Source of the DNA: Laspinema olomoucense D3d
GTDB taxonomy: Bacteria; Cyanobacteriota; Cyanobacteriia; Cyanobacteriales; Laspinemataceae
Strand: one strand, 5' to 3'
NCBI RefSeq assembly: GCF_025370715.1
Contig: NZ_JAMXEY010000002.1
Length of the DNA: 64,000 bases
Positions 1 through 10,947 of this stretch are shown piece after piece. Under the pieces are notes generated by a model. That model was not told the DNA's origin. It saw nothing but the letters and a program-made list of their open reading frames with translations, and did not search any database. Position numbers and translations under genes: made by a program. The stretch's first letter is position 1, and every line of letters begins with the position of its first letter.

Positions 1-1144
1 CTAACAGTGACCCGGCTGCTGTCTCCCGTCCAATCGTTCTCCAGGCTTTTCCTTCCCCAATTGCATTGATATTTAATCCGCGAATCACCACGGTGGAGGA
101 CTGTGCACCCACATTCCCCCCGGTATCAATTAATAAGGGAATAAAAGCCGCCAGTGCGACCACTTGTTCGAGGATATCTTCTCGGGCGCGAATCACGGCT
201 GAGGTTGCTGTATTTGTAATTAATAAAATCAACAACCAAACCACACGCTTTCGCGCCACGGTGAATATATTGGTTTGAAAATAGTTTTCTTTGCCGCTTG
301 CCACCCCACCGAGGGCATAAATATCTTTTGTGGTTTCGGCTTCCACCACATCCATGACATCATCCACGGTGATAATGCCCACGAGACGTTGTTCGCTATC
401 GACAACGGGCAAGGCTAGAAAATCATAGCGTTGAATTAATCGCGCTGCTTCCTTGCGATCGGTTTCCGTGGAAACAAAGACGGGTTCTCGCCGGGTAATT
501 TCTGATAGAAGTTGTTCCGGGTCCGAGACGACTAAATCCCGCAGGGAAATCGTGCCCCTTAAGTGCCGAGAGGCATCGGTAACGTAAAGATAATAAATGA
601 TTTCACTGACATGGGCTAACTTTCTAATTCGGTCTAAGGCTTGTGTCACGGTCATATTTTCTTTGACCGCGATATACTGCGGGGTCATCATTCTCCCGGC
701 GCTGTCTGGGGGATAGCCTAACAGCAAGGAGGTGGTTTGACGTTCCTGGGGACTGAGTTGTTCAAGGATGCGCTTGACCACTTTGGCGGGTAATTCATCA
801 AACAAGCGGGCGCGATCATCTGGGGACATTTTACCGACAATATCTAAAACATCCTGGCGTTTAAATTCTTCGATTAAGGCATATTGAATACTAGAGTCGA
901 GATATTCATAGACTTCGATCGCCTCTTCTTTTGACAACAAGCGAAAGGCGATCGCTTGCATGGTTTCGGGTAATCCTTCAATCGCTTCGGCGATATCTGG
1001 CGGTTGCACCGGAACTAGCAAGGCTTTAGCACCTTTGAGGTTATTTTGTTCGAGTAATGCCTGCAATTGCGATCGCACCAGTTCCCGCAATTCTTCTCGG
1101 CTTGTCCGCTGGACGGACGGCAATTCAGTATTATTATCATTCAT
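1..1144 (-). CDS. mgtE: Magnesium transporter MgtE (N-terminal MgtE-N + CBS pair + start of TM domain); partial, runs off left edge of window
   Basis: Reverse-strand translation from ATG at 1144: MNDNNTELPSVQRTSREELRELV...KALLVPVQPPDIAEAIEGL...CBS-pair region...LLITNTATSAVI. Typical MgtE domain order. No stop before position 1. Confidence 0.85.
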   Translation of the reverse strand, partial: MNDNNTELPSVQRTSREELRELVRSQLQALLEQNNLKGAKALLVPVQPPDIAEAIEGLPETMQAIAFRLLSKEEAIEVYEYLDSSIQYALIEEFKRQDVLDIVGKMSPDDRARLFDELPAKVVKRILEQLSPQERQTTSLLLGYPPDSAGRMMTPQYIAVKENMTVTQALDRIRKLAHVSEIIYYLYVTDASRHLRGTISLRDLVVSDPEQLLSEITRREPVFVSTETDRKEAARLIQRYDFLALPVVDSEQRLVGIITVDDVMDVVEAETTKDIYALGGVASGKENYFQTNIFTVARKRVVWLLILLITNTATSAVIRAREDILEQVVALAAFIPLLIDTGGNVGAQSSTVVIRGLNINAIGEGKAWRTIGRETAAGSLL

Positions 1145-1713
1145 AAGCCACTCTCTAATCGGTTCTCTATTTCCGAGTGTGGTTGGGGGGTGTTTTCCCC
1201 AAGCGATCGGGTCTAATGCAGCAGAAATCGGGCAACAAAATCTCGGGTTTGTTGCGATCGCTGTTGCAGAATTCCCATTCATGATAGTCCCAAGCGCATC
1301 TAGTCCGCGATTGACCAATGGTTTGATTTCCATTGGCGATCGCGACCCCAAATACTAACCGAAATCAGTAACAAGGACTTTAAATTTGCATCCGGAATTG
1401 GGTTAAGCTACCTGTTGGTTAGCCTAACCTTCACTCTTCCTTTAAATCTTTAAGCGATCGGTAATTCATGATTCATCTCCATTCCTAACATGACCGCCCT
1501 CTTACCCGGGGGTCACGAGATGAACCAGAAAACTCGCAGGTGGAGTCACACTAGGTCATTTCACTGACTAGACCGCCCGGTTGTGGAGAAACGGTCGAGG
1601 TTCATCTAAAGGCTCGTCAGCCATTGAGTCTGCCTGAGTAATCGTTGCAATACAACTACTACCAGAGCTTTCCACTTGAGTATTCCTTACTTGTTTAAGT
1701 TGCATTTAAGACC

Positions 1714-1750
1714 GGGAAGTTCAGAGAGTTCTGAAAGCCCTTTTTTTTTA
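1714..1750 (+). terminator. Intrinsic-terminator-like hairpin (GGG..TTCAGA-gagt-TCTGAA..CCC) followed by T9 on the plus strand; no plus-strand gene upstream
   Basis: Read directly: gggaagttcagagagttctgaaagccc then ttttttttt. A second T-run follows at about 1786-1800. Confidence 0.4.
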
Positions 1751-1940
1751 TACCACTCTTCAGAAAACAGGTCAAGCTTTTTTGGCTTTTTTTTACGGCC
1801 CAGGTTTTCCCTTGTTCCCATTGGGTCAGCAGTGGGGTAGAGATTGCCCCTACTTCTGACCCTTTGCTGAATTTTAAAACTCCCCCCAAAACCGCCTTAC
1901 CTCTCTTTTGAAAAGGGGTAAATTCCCGAAGAAAATTGCT

Positions 1941-3587
1941 CTAATTGGGATGAATTTTTTCGCCGATATCTGAGTTGGATACCACCAAAACGGGAACACG
2001 ACTCCCCCGTAAAACCCCTTGAAAAATCGACCCTACTGCCGCCCCTTCTCCATCGGTGTTAGGGCATTTTCCCACTACAATGGCGGTAACCGGATGCGCT
2101 TGCGACCAGGCCAAAATTGTCTCTACTGCTGCACCTTTTTGGGTAACCAACTGATGGCGAATATCCGCTAAAACTTCCTGACTCATCTCCTGAATTGCTT
2201 GAATTTCCCCTAAATTTTCTTCGGAAAACACATACAAAACAATCGCCTCTCCATGACTACGGCGAGCTAAATCTGCTGTTTGTTTCAATACTGCCATAGC
2301 CCTGGGGGAACTCTCCACCACGGCCAAAAATAGAGTCCGACCCTCAACGGCCACTTTTGTTGGGTCTACTGCTCCTTTTTTAAGCAATTTTGGAGCAAAA
2401 GTGGGAATCGCCCAAGCCCCCAAAGGAGCGGTCACTAAAATTGCCCAGGCGGCAACGGCTAAAATAATTTCACCCCCTTCAATGCTGTATGCTAAAGGTA
2501 ACGCACCCAAGGCCGCTTGTACGGTTGCTTTTGCTGAATTTCCGGGCAATAGAAACAGTTTTTCTTGCCAATTCCAATTACTTCCTAGGGTAGAAAGTGT
2601 CCACCCCAGGGTTCTCCCGATTAATAAACCCACGGCTAAAATAGTCAAACTCGGTAAGAACATTTCTCCCAAAACTTGTAACTGAATACTGGCTCCCATT
2701 AACACAAATAAAACAAGTTCTGCCACAATCCACAGGGTATTAAATCCATTGCGGAGTTGGCGGGCCAGGGGTGCATCCAGTTCGATTAAAAAGAATCCCA
2801 TCGACATCACTGCTAAATACCCAGAAAAGTAAGGGAATTCGCCAGCAGCAATCACGGCAAAGGCGGCTAAGACTGAGGTAATTAAAACATCGTGGATGGG
2901 ATTTTTACTCCAGCTTTGCCGTTCGAGGAGGGAGACTAATAATTGGGCAGCTAAATAACCGGCAAGGGTTCCTAAAACTACCTGCAAAATCGCCTGCAAG
3001 GGAAGTAAAACCAGTGGATGTAAGGCCAGACCCAAGAGGCGAATTTCCGGCGCTGTTTCGCCTTGTTGGAGGAAATTTAACAGTAAACTGAAGACGAGTA
3101 AGAGTACAACATCGGAAAGGGCAGACCCGGTTAAAATGGCATCGGGAATACCTTTTTTGACGCCCCAACCCAATCGTTTGAGACGCAACATTCCCGGGAC
3201 AATGACGGCGGGAGATTCGGGGGAAATAATGCAACCGAGGAGTAACCCGGTTAAGAGGTCAAATTGGAAGAGAAACATCGCAGCAATGGCGATCGCCCCG
3301 GTTTCCAGGATAGCGGGTAAAATGCCCAATCGCAGGGCCACGCTTCCCTGTTGCGCCAACTTGTCGCGATCGAGTCCGAGTCCCGCTTTCATCAGGATAA
3401 TCATCACCGCCAGGGTCCTTAAATCATCGGCAGCGGCGAGAATTCCCGGTTCTAGGCGATTTCCCCCTTCCGGACCGAGGATGATTCCGACCAAAATCAT
3501 GCCAATGAGCGGGGGTGCACCGAGGCGACGGGCGAATTGACCCGCAAAAAAGCCCATGCCTAAGATCCAAATTGTACTGATTAACAT
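1941..3587 (-). CDS. Cation:proton (Na+/H+) antiporter of CPA family with C-terminal universal stress protein (UspA) domain
   Basis: 548 aa ORF. N-terminal two thirds are polytopic membrane (GMILVGIILGP... typical Na_H_Exchanger). C-terminal about 140 aa has the Usp fold signature (IVLYVF...VVGKCPNTDGEGAAVGSIFQGVLRGSRVPVLVV). Confidence 0.85.
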   Translation of the reverse strand: MLISTIWILGMGFFAGQFARRLGAPPLIGMILVGIILGPEGGNRLEPGILAAADDLRTLAVMIILMKAGLGLDRDKLAQQGSVALRLGILPAILETGAIAIAAMFLFQFDLLTGLLLGCIISPESPAVIVPGMLRLKRLGWGVKKGIPDAILTGSALSDVVLLLVFSLLLNFLQQGETAPEIRLLGLALHPLVLLPLQAILQVVLGTLAGYLAAQLLVSLLERQSWSKNPIHDVLITSVLAAFAVIAAGEFPYFSGYLAVMSMGFFLIELDAPLARQLRNGFNTLWIVAELVLFVLMGASIQLQVLGEMFLPSLTILAVGLLIGRTLGWTLSTLGSNWNWQEKLFLLPGNSAKATVQAALGALPLAYSIEGGEIILAVAAWAILVTAPLGAWAIPTFAPKLLKKGAVDPTKVAVEGRTLFLAVVESSPRAMAVLKQTADLARRSHGEAIVLYVFSEENLGEIQAIQEMSQEVLADIRHQLVTQKGAAVETILAWSQAHPVTAIVVGKCPNTDGEGAAVGSIFQGVLRGSRVPVLVVSNSDIGEKIHPN

Positions 3588-3940
3588 TGCTCATGCTCCT
3601 GAACAGGTGTAGAGTGGCTGGTCCAGGAGTCGATTGATGCGATCGCCCTACCTCCCGGCATTCAGCCCGGACAGGTAGGAGCCATCAGCCCTTCAGCCCC
3701 CCATCGGGATCGCTGAATCGGCGGTTATGGCGAGCTCCATCGCCTTCAATCTTAAATCAGCACTTAATATAGCATGAATTTCTGTAAGAATCCATAGATT
3801 GACTCATTTTTTTATGGGACAGAATCACTCAAAAATCATCCCCCTGCTGCCAGAATATCTTTCTGGAGGTAGAATCCACGGGAGGATTAAGTTTTGTAAA
3901 ATTCAGAGCATAACGAGGGAATTTTACAGGAGTTTTTTTC

Positions 3941-5638
3941 ATGTCCCAGTACGATGTGATTATAATTGGAGCCGGTCATAATGGCTTAGTGTGTGCTGCG
4001 TACCTTTTAAAGGCGGGTAAAAGTGTTTTACTTTTAGAAAAACGCTCAGTTCCCGGGGGTGCAGCAACCACGGAAGAATCTTTACCCGAAGAAGCACCGG
4101 GGTTTAAATTTAACCTCTGTGCGATTGACCATGAATTTATCCATCTGGGGCCAGTGGTGGAAGAATTAGAACTCGAAAAATACGGATTAGAGTATCTGTA
4201 TTGCGATCCGGTCGTCTTTTGTCCGCAACCGGATGGGAAATACTTCCTCGGACATAAATCCGTAGACAAAACCTGTAGTGAGATTGCCCGCTATAGTGAG
4301 CGCGACGCCCAGAAATATGGAGAATTTGTCCACTATTGGCAGCGAGTTCTCAATGCAATAACCCCCATTTTTAACGCCCCGCCTAAATCCATTATCGATA
4401 TCACCGGCAATTATAATTTTGATAAAATTAAAGACCTTCTGTCTTTACTGGGAACCCCCGATAAAATCCTAGATTTTGCCCGAACCATGCTCAGTAGTCC
4501 TCAAGATATGTTAGAGGAATGGTTTGATACAGAAGTCGTCAAAGCACCCTTAGCTAGACTCGCCGCCGAAATGAGCATTCCTCCCTCACAAAAGGGGATG
4601 TCTGTGGGTGCAATTATGATGGCAATGCGCCATCACCCTGGTATGGCAAGACCCCGAGGAGGCACCGGCGCACTCACTCAAGCATTAGTGAATCGAGTTA
4701 CCAGTCTCGGCGGTGAAATTCTGTGCGATCGCGGTGTTGAACGAATTTTAGTGGATAATGGTCGCGCCGTCGGCGTCCGCGTGGATGGAGGACAAGAATA
4801 CCGCGCCAAAGAAGGGGTTATTTCTAATATTGATGCCAAACGAGTCTTTTTGGATCTGCTTGATCCAGGAGAGGTTAACGCCGCCGACCCCAACTTACGC
4901 GATCGCGTAGATCGCCGCATTGTTAACAACAATGAAAGCATTCTCAAGCTGGATTGCGCCCTCTCAGAAGTGCCCCGATTTGAAGCCTATAATCACCAAG
5001 ATGAGTATTTAATTGGCTCGGTCGTTATTGCCGATTCCGTTCATCATGTGGAAGAAGGTCATAGTCTCTGTCAACTCGGGAAGATTCCTGATGAAAATCC
5101 CTCCCTCTATGCCGTCGTTCCCACCGTTCTTGACCCCTCAATGGCCCCGGAAGGAAAGCATACCCTCTGGGTGGAATTCTTCGCCCCTTATCAGATTCAT
5201 GGTGCAGAAGGAACCGGACAAAATGGTACCGGATGGACCGATGAACTCAAAAACAAAGTGGCCGATCGCCTGATTGATAAACTGTCCGATTATGCCCCGA
5301 ATCTCAAAAATTCAATTATTGCGCGCCGGGTAGAAAGTCCAGCGGAACTGAGCGCTCGCCTCGGGTCTTATAAGGGAAATCATTACCATATTGACATGAC
5401 CTTAGACCAGATGATTTTCTTCCGCCCCCTGCCCGAAATTGCCAACTACAAAACCCCCATTGATGGGTTATTTTTAACTGGGGCTGGTACTCATCCCGGT
5501 GGTTCAATTTCCGGAATGCCCGGACGGAACTGCGCCCGCGTATTCTTATTCCAACAGCAACCCATGAGCCAAGCCTTAAAAGATGCGACCAATTCGGTCA
5601 AATCGATGGCCAGTTCTGTGTTTAATTTGTCCAGTTAA
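3941..5638 (+). CDS. FAD-dependent oxidoreductase of phytoene desaturase / carotenoid isomerase (CrtI/CrtISO) family
   Basis: 565 aa. N-terminal dinucleotide-binding motif DVIIIGAGHNGLVCAAYL. Length and C-terminal motifs fit the CrtI-like amine-oxidase superfamily. AGGAG RBS 11 nt upstream. Confidence 0.8.
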   Translation: MSQYDVIIIGAGHNGLVCAAYLLKAGKSVLLLEKRSVPGGAATTEESLPEEAPGFKFNLCAIDHEFIHLGPVVEELELEKYGLEYLYCDPVVFCPQPDGKYFLGHKSVDKTCSEIARYSERDAQKYGEFVHYWQRVLNAITPIFNAPPKSIIDITGNYNFDKIKDLLSLLGTPDKILDFARTMLSSPQDMLEEWFDTEVVKAPLARLAAEMSIPPSQKGMSVGAIMMAMRHHPGMARPRGGTGALTQALVNRVTSLGGEILCDRGVERILVDNGRAVGVRVDGGQEYRAKEGVISNIDAKRVFLDLLDPGEVNAADPNLRDRVDRRIVNNNESILKLDCALSEVPRFEAYNHQDEYLIGSVVIADSVHHVEEGHSLCQLGKIPDENPSLYAVVPTVLDPSMAPEGKHTLWVEFFAPYQIHGAEGTGQNGTGWTDELKNKVADRLIDKLSDYAPNLKNSIIARRVESPAELSARLGSYKGNHYHIDMTLDQMIFFRPLPEIANYKTPIDGLFLTGAGTHPGGSISGMPGRNCARVFLFQQQPMSQALKDATNSVKSMASSVFNLSS

Positions 5639-5795
5639 TGCGGATTAATTGTTGAGTTCAAGATTTTCTGGACGAATCTAAAGACTTAACCAATACCCGG
5701 CTTTACCCGTCTAATGTGCTGATAAAGAGCTTGATTAAATCTCCGGTATCCTCCCCAAGACAGTGGGGAGGACTATGGCATCTCATTTTATTAAG

Positions 5796-5826
5796 AAACC
5801 ATAAACCGGAAGGTTTATGGTTTTTT
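5796..5826 (+). terminator. Rho-independent terminator downstream of the CrtI-family gene
   Basis: Perfect 12-bp stem aaaccataaacc / ggtttatggttt with ggaa loop, immediately followed by tttttt. An additional 8-bp hairpin (cctcccca...tggggagg) lies at about 5745-5768. Confidence 0.65.
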
Positions 5827-5960
5827 AGTGAAATCCTATTTAATCCACAAATCGAAAGCATGATTTCTGGAGTTAGGGAGATAATTATTTATCTCAATTG
5901 GTGGCTGGTTACGCTAATTATTTGTTGCTTTCATCGATTAATAAAATAGGAGCGATCGCT

Positions 5961-7214
5961 TTGATAGACGTTTACATTTTCAATTTGCTGGCTATCGGTT
6001 TGTTACTGCTCTCAGTAACGGTATTTTCGGGGTGGATTAAGCGGTTGCCGCTTTCTTATGCCCTGATTTATTTAGTTGTTGGTATTTTCATGGGTCCTTA
6101 TGGAATCCGATTAATTATGGTGCGCCCAGATGCCAATTTTCTGGAGCGATTGAGTGAATTAGTCGTAATTATTTCCTTGTTTAGTTGTGGGCTAAAAATG
6201 AATCGCCCGCTTAAGTTGTGGGCTTGGCAGACCACAGCCCGATTAATTGGATTTTTGATGCCAATTTCTATTGTAGCGCTCGCAGTGGTCGGGCGCTTAT
6301 TTTTGGGCTTGGATTGGGGGGCGGCGATTTTACTCGGGGCAATTCTTGCTCCCACCGACCCGGTTTTGGCATCAGAAGTGCAACTGTCCCATGTTGAAGA
6401 TAAAGATGAACTGCGCTTTGGCTTAACCTCTGAAGGGGGTTTAAATGATGCCTTGGCTTTTCCCTTTGTTTATTTTGGGTTATATGCATTAAAAGATAGC
6501 AATGTCAATAACTGGATTTATCAGTGGTTAGTGATTGATTTAATTTGGGCGATCGCCGCTGGTATCGGCATGGGGATTTTCGTAGCGTTGGCCATTGTTT
6601 GGATCGAAAAACAATTGAATCGCGCTCGTCCCGTAGATGAACTCATGCAAGATTTTATTGCATTGAGTACCATTTTACTGGCCTATTCCCTAACAGAAGT
6701 GATTAATGGATATGGGTTTCTCGCGGTATTTGTTGCCGGAGTAACAGTCCGCAGAAGCTACAGCCGCGATTCAGAACGAACCGAGTCTCAACTGAGATTA
6801 ACGGAACGGGTGGAAAAACTCCTAGAGGTGGTAACTATCTTGTTAGTCGGTTCTCTGCTGAGAATAGAACCGAGTTTACAGTTTGCTGGCGATGCGTTAA
6901 TTGTCGCGGGATTTTTGTTGTTTATCATTCGTCCCCTGGGAACTTGGATTAGTACCATTGGCTCCAATTTTCATCGTTCAAAACGGTTATTGATGGGGTG
7001 GTTTGGAATTCGGGGTGTAGGGTCAATCTATTATCTCACTTATGCGATGGGCAAAGGCTTAGAAGGAGAAACTGGGGAAAAAATCGCTTGGATTGTTTTT
7101 CTAACCCTCATAATTTCGGCGATTGTGCATGGAATTAGTGCGACTCCGTTGATGAATTGGTATGAGTCGAAGGTCGAGAAAAGAAAGGTCACCCTCCGGG
7201 GCGATCTCCTCTGA
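5961..7214 (+). CDS. Na+/H+ exchanger family (CPA1) cation:proton antiporter
   Basis: Polytopic membrane protein with the Na_H_Exchanger core (ILLGAILAPTDPVLASEV...). The longest ORF starts at 5898. An in-frame TTG at 5961 preceded by TAGGAG (8-nt spacing) is the more likely start. Confidence 0.8.
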   Translation: MIDVYIFNLLAIGLLLLSVTVFSGWIKRLPLSYALIYLVVGIFMGPYGIRLIMVRPDANFLERLSELVVIISLFSCGLKMNRPLKLWAWQTTARLIGFLMPISIVALAVVGRLFLGLDWGAAILLGAILAPTDPVLASEVQLSHVEDKDELRFGLTSEGGLNDALAFPFVYFGLYALKDSNVNNWIYQWLVIDLIWAIAAGIGMGIFVALAIVWIEKQLNRARPVDELMQDFIALSTILLAYSLTEVINGYGFLAVFVAGVTVRRSYSRDSERTESQLRLTERVEKLLEVVTILLVGSLLRIEPSLQFAGDALIVAGFLLFIIRPLGTWISTIGSNFHRSKRLLMGWFGIRGVGSIYYLTYAMGKGLEGETGEKIAWIVFLTLIISAIVHGISATPLMNWYESKVEKRKVTLRGDLL

Positions 7215-7508
7215 TCCAGCAAATCTTCCCTCCCTGGAGGATGTTCTATAGCTGCCCTAAATTTAGGGCAGCTATTTTTGTAAAAACGTGATATTGAAGC
7301 AATCAATCCTCTACTCGAAGGCAAATTTAGGGCACAATTACTCAAGGGTTGGGCGAGGGTGGCGCTTGATCCCCTGGTGTTGGGGAAGTTCGGCCCAAAT
7401 CCAATCCAGAACCCCTTCTGTACTCAGTCCCTGGCGATCCTTCTTCGTATAGATGCCAGATTTGTAGAAAAATGTTGCAATAAAGGTATTGTTACGGATT
7501 AAAGACCC

Positions 7509-8615
7509 ATGACCCAACGAGTTTTGATTATTGGCGGACGGGGACGGATCGGCAGCAGCATTGCCCAAGATTTGCTCGCCCATACCGATGCAAAAATTAC
7601 GGTAACGGGACGGGACACGACACCGGGAAAATCGGTGGATGAGACCCTGGGCGATCGCGTGCAGTTTCGGGCGGTACATTTAGACGATCGCGCCGAGTTG
7701 GAACAGGCGATCGCCGAAAGCGATCTCGTCATCCATAGTGCTGGACCCTTCCATCACCGCGATGCCCGAGTCCTCCAACTCTGCATCGATCGTGGCGTCA
7801 ACTATACCGATGTTAGCGATAGTCGAGGATTCACCCGTAGGGCGCTGGCATTGCAAGACTCCGCAGAAAAAGCAGGCGTAACCGCCATTATTAATACCGG
7901 CATTTTTCCCGGAATTTCTAATAGTATGGTTCGCCAAGGAGTCGAACAACTTCAAGAAGCCGATCGCATCCATTTAAGCTATGTTGTCGGTGGGTCAGGA
8001 GGTGCGGGAGTCACGGTCATGCGCACCACCTTTTTAGGCTTACAAAACCCCTTTGATGCGTGGATTGATGGGGAATGGAAGCAGGTGAAACCCTATACCG
8101 ATCGCGAAACCATCGAATTTCCTCCACCCTACGGCAAGGTCGGAGTTTACTGGTTTGATATGCCTGAAGCCTTCACCTTACCCGACTCCTTCCCGGTCAA
8201 AACTGCTATTACCAAATTTGGCACTTCCCCAGATTTGTACAACCATTTAACCTGGATGGTGGCTAATTTATGGCCTTCCGCCGCCCTGAAAAATTCTGCC
8301 GTAGTGGAGTTTTTATCCCAAGTTAGCTACCGCATGACGGGAGTTACCGACAAATTTAGCGGGACCGGAGTGGCAGTGCGATCGGAAGTTAACGGACGAA
8401 ACGCCGAGGGAAAACCCGCCACCTTTTGTAGTGCGGTAGTTCATAACAGCGCCGCTGTTGCCACCGGAATCGGCACCGGGACGATCGCCGAACTGATGCT
8501 GAAAGGAAAACTCACCAAACCTGGGGTATGGCCCGTAGAACAAGCCTTATCCACTCCGTTGTTTGAATCAATTATGACAACTCGGGGAATCGAGATAGCT
8601 CATCATTGGTTGTAA
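7509..8615 (+). CDS. Saccharopine dehydrogenase family NAD(P)-binding protein
   Basis: 368 aa. N-terminal Rossmann motif VLIIGGRGRIGSSIAQDL. Overall pattern matches the Sacchrp_dh NADP-binding plus C-terminal domain. Confidence 0.8.
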   Translation: MTQRVLIIGGRGRIGSSIAQDLLAHTDAKITVTGRDTTPGKSVDETLGDRVQFRAVHLDDRAELEQAIAESDLVIHSAGPFHHRDARVLQLCIDRGVNYTDVSDSRGFTRRALALQDSAEKAGVTAIINTGIFPGISNSMVRQGVEQLQEADRIHLSYVVGGSGGAGVTVMRTTFLGLQNPFDAWIDGEWKQVKPYTDRETIEFPPPYGKVGVYWFDMPEAFTLPDSFPVKTAITKFGTSPDLYNHLTWMVANLWPSAALKNSAVVEFLSQVSYRMTGVTDKFSGTGVAVRSEVNGRNAEGKPATFCSAVVHNSAAVATGIGTGTIAELMLKGKLTKPGVWPVEQALSTPLFESIMTTRGIEIAHHWL

Positions 8616-8647
8616 GCTGTCTCTATCTATCTTAGCCCGGATTAATC

Positions 8648-10135
8648 ATGCACACTTGCCTGAATTATATTGATGGTCACTGGTTGCCCCCCGCCTCTGG
8701 GGAAACAATGGAAAGTCGCAATCCCGCCCACTGGCGCGAACTGGTTGCCACCTTTGGGCGATCGGGCGATATTGATATAGAAATGGCCGTGACTGCCGCC
8801 CGCCATGCCTATCGCACTTGGCGACGAGTTCCGGCACCTGAACGGGCCGAATTTTTATACCGCTTCGGGGAATTATTGCGCGATCGCAAAGCCGAACTCG
8901 CCTATTTAATGAGCCAAGAAATGGGAAAACCCCTGACTGAAGCCAATGGAGATGTCCAAGAAGGCATTGACTGCGCCTTTTATTATGCCGGAGAAGGTCG
9001 CCGTTTGTTCGGGCAAACCACAACTTCGGAAATGGATAATAAATTTGCCATGACTGTGCGAATGCCGATCGGCGTCTGTGGTTTAATCACCCCTTGGAAC
9101 TTTCCCATTGCCATTCCCTGTTGGAAAGCAATGCCTGCCTTAGTCTGCGGCAATACCATCGTCCTGAAACCGTCGGAAGATACTCCGGCGGTGACTCACT
9201 TGCTGTTTGAAGTTTTCCATGATGCCGGATTTCCCCCGGGTGTCGTTAACCTGGTGCATGGGTTGGGAGAAGAAGCGGGAAAAGCCTTGGTAGAACATCG
9301 TGACGTCAATTTAATTTCATTAACCGGGTCCTCACAAACCGGCGCAGAAGTGGCGGCAATCTGCGCCAAACAGCACAAGCGGGTTTGTTTAGAACTGGGA
9401 GGAAAAAATGCCCAGGTGGTGATGGAAGATGCAGATTTAGAATTAGCCTTGGAAGGCGCAATCTGGGGCGCTTTTGGCACGAGTGGGCAACGGTGCACCG
9501 CTACCAGTCGCCTCCTGCTGCATCGAGATATTAAGGATAAGTTTACCAAAATGCTGCTTGATCGCACTCGGGAACTCCGTTTGGGTCCCGGAACAGACCC
9601 CCATACCGACATCGGGCCGATTGTCAATGCCACACAACTGAATACGATTGAAGAGTATATCGATGTCGCACATCAAGAGGGAGCGAAGATTTTAATCGGT
9701 GGCAATCGCACAACTGCCGGAACCCTCACGGGAGGATTCTTTTTTGAGCCAACTATCCTGGATGAGGTAACGCCCAATATGCGGGTCGCGCGGGAAGAGA
9801 TTTTTGGTCCGGTGGTGGCGTTGATAGAAATTTCTTCCTTTGAGGAGGCGATCGCCATTCTCAATGATACCTCCTACGGTTTATCTTCCTCGGTTTATAC
9901 TCGCGATGTGAATCGGGCGTTTCAAGCCATACGGGATATTGAAGCCGGAATCACTTATATTAACGGTCCTACCATTGGTGCCGAGGTCCATTTACCCTTT
10001 GGAGGCGTCAAACAAACCGGCAACGGACATCGTGAGGCGGGGGCAGCGGCCCTGGATGTGTTTACGGAATGGAAAACCGTCTATGTAGACTTTTCCGGAC
10101 GCTTACAGCGGGCGCAAATCGACAATCGCGGGTGA
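8648..10135 (+). CDS. NAD(P)+-dependent aldehyde dehydrogenase
   Basis: 495 aa. ALDH family hallmarks: catalytic Cys context ([11 protein letters not shown]), Glu motif (LELGGKNA), glycine motif GSSQTG. Confidence 0.9.
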   Translation: MHTCLNYIDGHWLPPASGETMESRNPAHWRELVATFGRSGDIDIEMAVTAARHAYRTWRRVPAPERAEFLYRFGELLRDRKAELAYLMSQEMGKPLTEANGDVQEGIDCAFYYAGEGRRLFGQTTTSEMDNKFAMTVRMPIGVCGLITPWNFPIAIPCWKAMPALVCGNTIVLKPSEDTPAVTHLLFEVFHDAGFPPGVVNLVHGLGEEAGKALVEHRDVNLISLTGSSQTGAEVAAICAKQHKRVCLELGGKNAQVVMEDADLELALEGAIWGAFGTSGQRCTATSRLLLHRDIKDKFTKMLLDRTRELRLGPGTDPHTDIGPIVNATQLNTIEEYIDVAHQEGAKILIGGNRTTAGTLTGGFFFEPTILDEVTPNMRVAREEIFGPVVALIEISSFEEAIAILNDTSYGLSSSVYTRDVNRAFQAIRDIEAGITYINGPTIGAEVHLPFGGVKQTGNGHREAGAAALDVFTEWKTVYVDFSGRLQRAQIDNRG

Positions 10136-10291
10136 TTGGATGGGAGATAACTCCCGGATGAGTCGGGGAGGAGAATCAAATCAGAACAATTCTGTCCCGG
10201 ACCGATTTGGCCTACAAATGGGCTATGATGACTTCTGGGCTAAGTGCCTTTTGAATCATTCGTTTTTGAACTCAAAACCGTAGGAGTAACG

Positions 10292-10873
10292 ATGTCTAAT
10301 CCCCCCAAAATTCTCGCTTTTGCCGGAAGCGCTCGCGAAGCGTCATTTAATAAAAAACTCGTGCAAATTGCGGCCAATGGCGCGAGAAAAGCCGGTGCAG
10401 AGGTCACTTATATTGACCTGCGAGATTTTCCCATGCCTCTGTTTGACCAAGACTTAGAAGCAGCAGAAGGAATGCCACCCTATGCGCAGGAGTTGAAATC
10501 TCTATTCTTTACTCACCAAGGCTTGTTGATTGCTTCTCCGGAGTATAATAGCACCATTAGTCCCCTGCTCAAAAATGCGATCGACTGGGTATCTCGTCCT
10601 GCTCCGGGGGAACCCATGCTGGCAGCTTTTTCAGGCAAACTCGTGGGAATTATGAGTACCTCTCCGGGTGGTTTGGGGGGATTACGGGGTTTAGCTCAAC
10701 TGCGCGAAATCCTGGCGAATATTAGTATGGTTGTGGTACCCAATCAAATAGCCATTCCTCAAGCATTTGAAGCCTTTACGGAATCGGGAACATTAAACGA
10801 CCCCCAAAAGCAAGAAGCGGTGGAAAATATCGGTGCAACAGTAGCACAAATGTTAACCAAATTAAACGCTTAA
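10292..10873 (+). CDS. NAD(P)H-dependent FMN reductase (flavodoxin-like fold)
   Basis: MSNPPKILAFAGSAREASFNKKL... typical FMN_red N-terminus. ATG at 10292 has a GGAG RBS. The longer ORF from 10244 is less likely. Confidence 0.8.
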   Translation: MSNPPKILAFAGSAREASFNKKLVQIAANGARKAGAEVTYIDLRDFPMPLFDQDLEAAEGMPPYAQELKSLFFTHQGLLIASPEYNSTISPLLKNAIDWVSRPAPGEPMLAAFSGKLVGIMSTSPGGLGGLRGLAQLREILANISMVVVPNQIAIPQAFEAFTESGTLNDPQKQEAVENIGATVAQMLTKLNA

Positions 10874-10947
10874 GTTGATAAAAACCCGCGTATCAAAACC
10901 GGATTCATCTCTCCGATTGAATCTAGTTTTGATACCTGGATTGGGGA

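Noticed and set aside
1145-1700. M-box (ykoK) Mg2+ riboswitch in the mgtE leader
   Set aside because: Only a loose GUUAGG...UGGAGAU resemblance with wrong spacing. A covariance-model scan cannot be run here, so it is kept only as a low-confidence note inside a finding.
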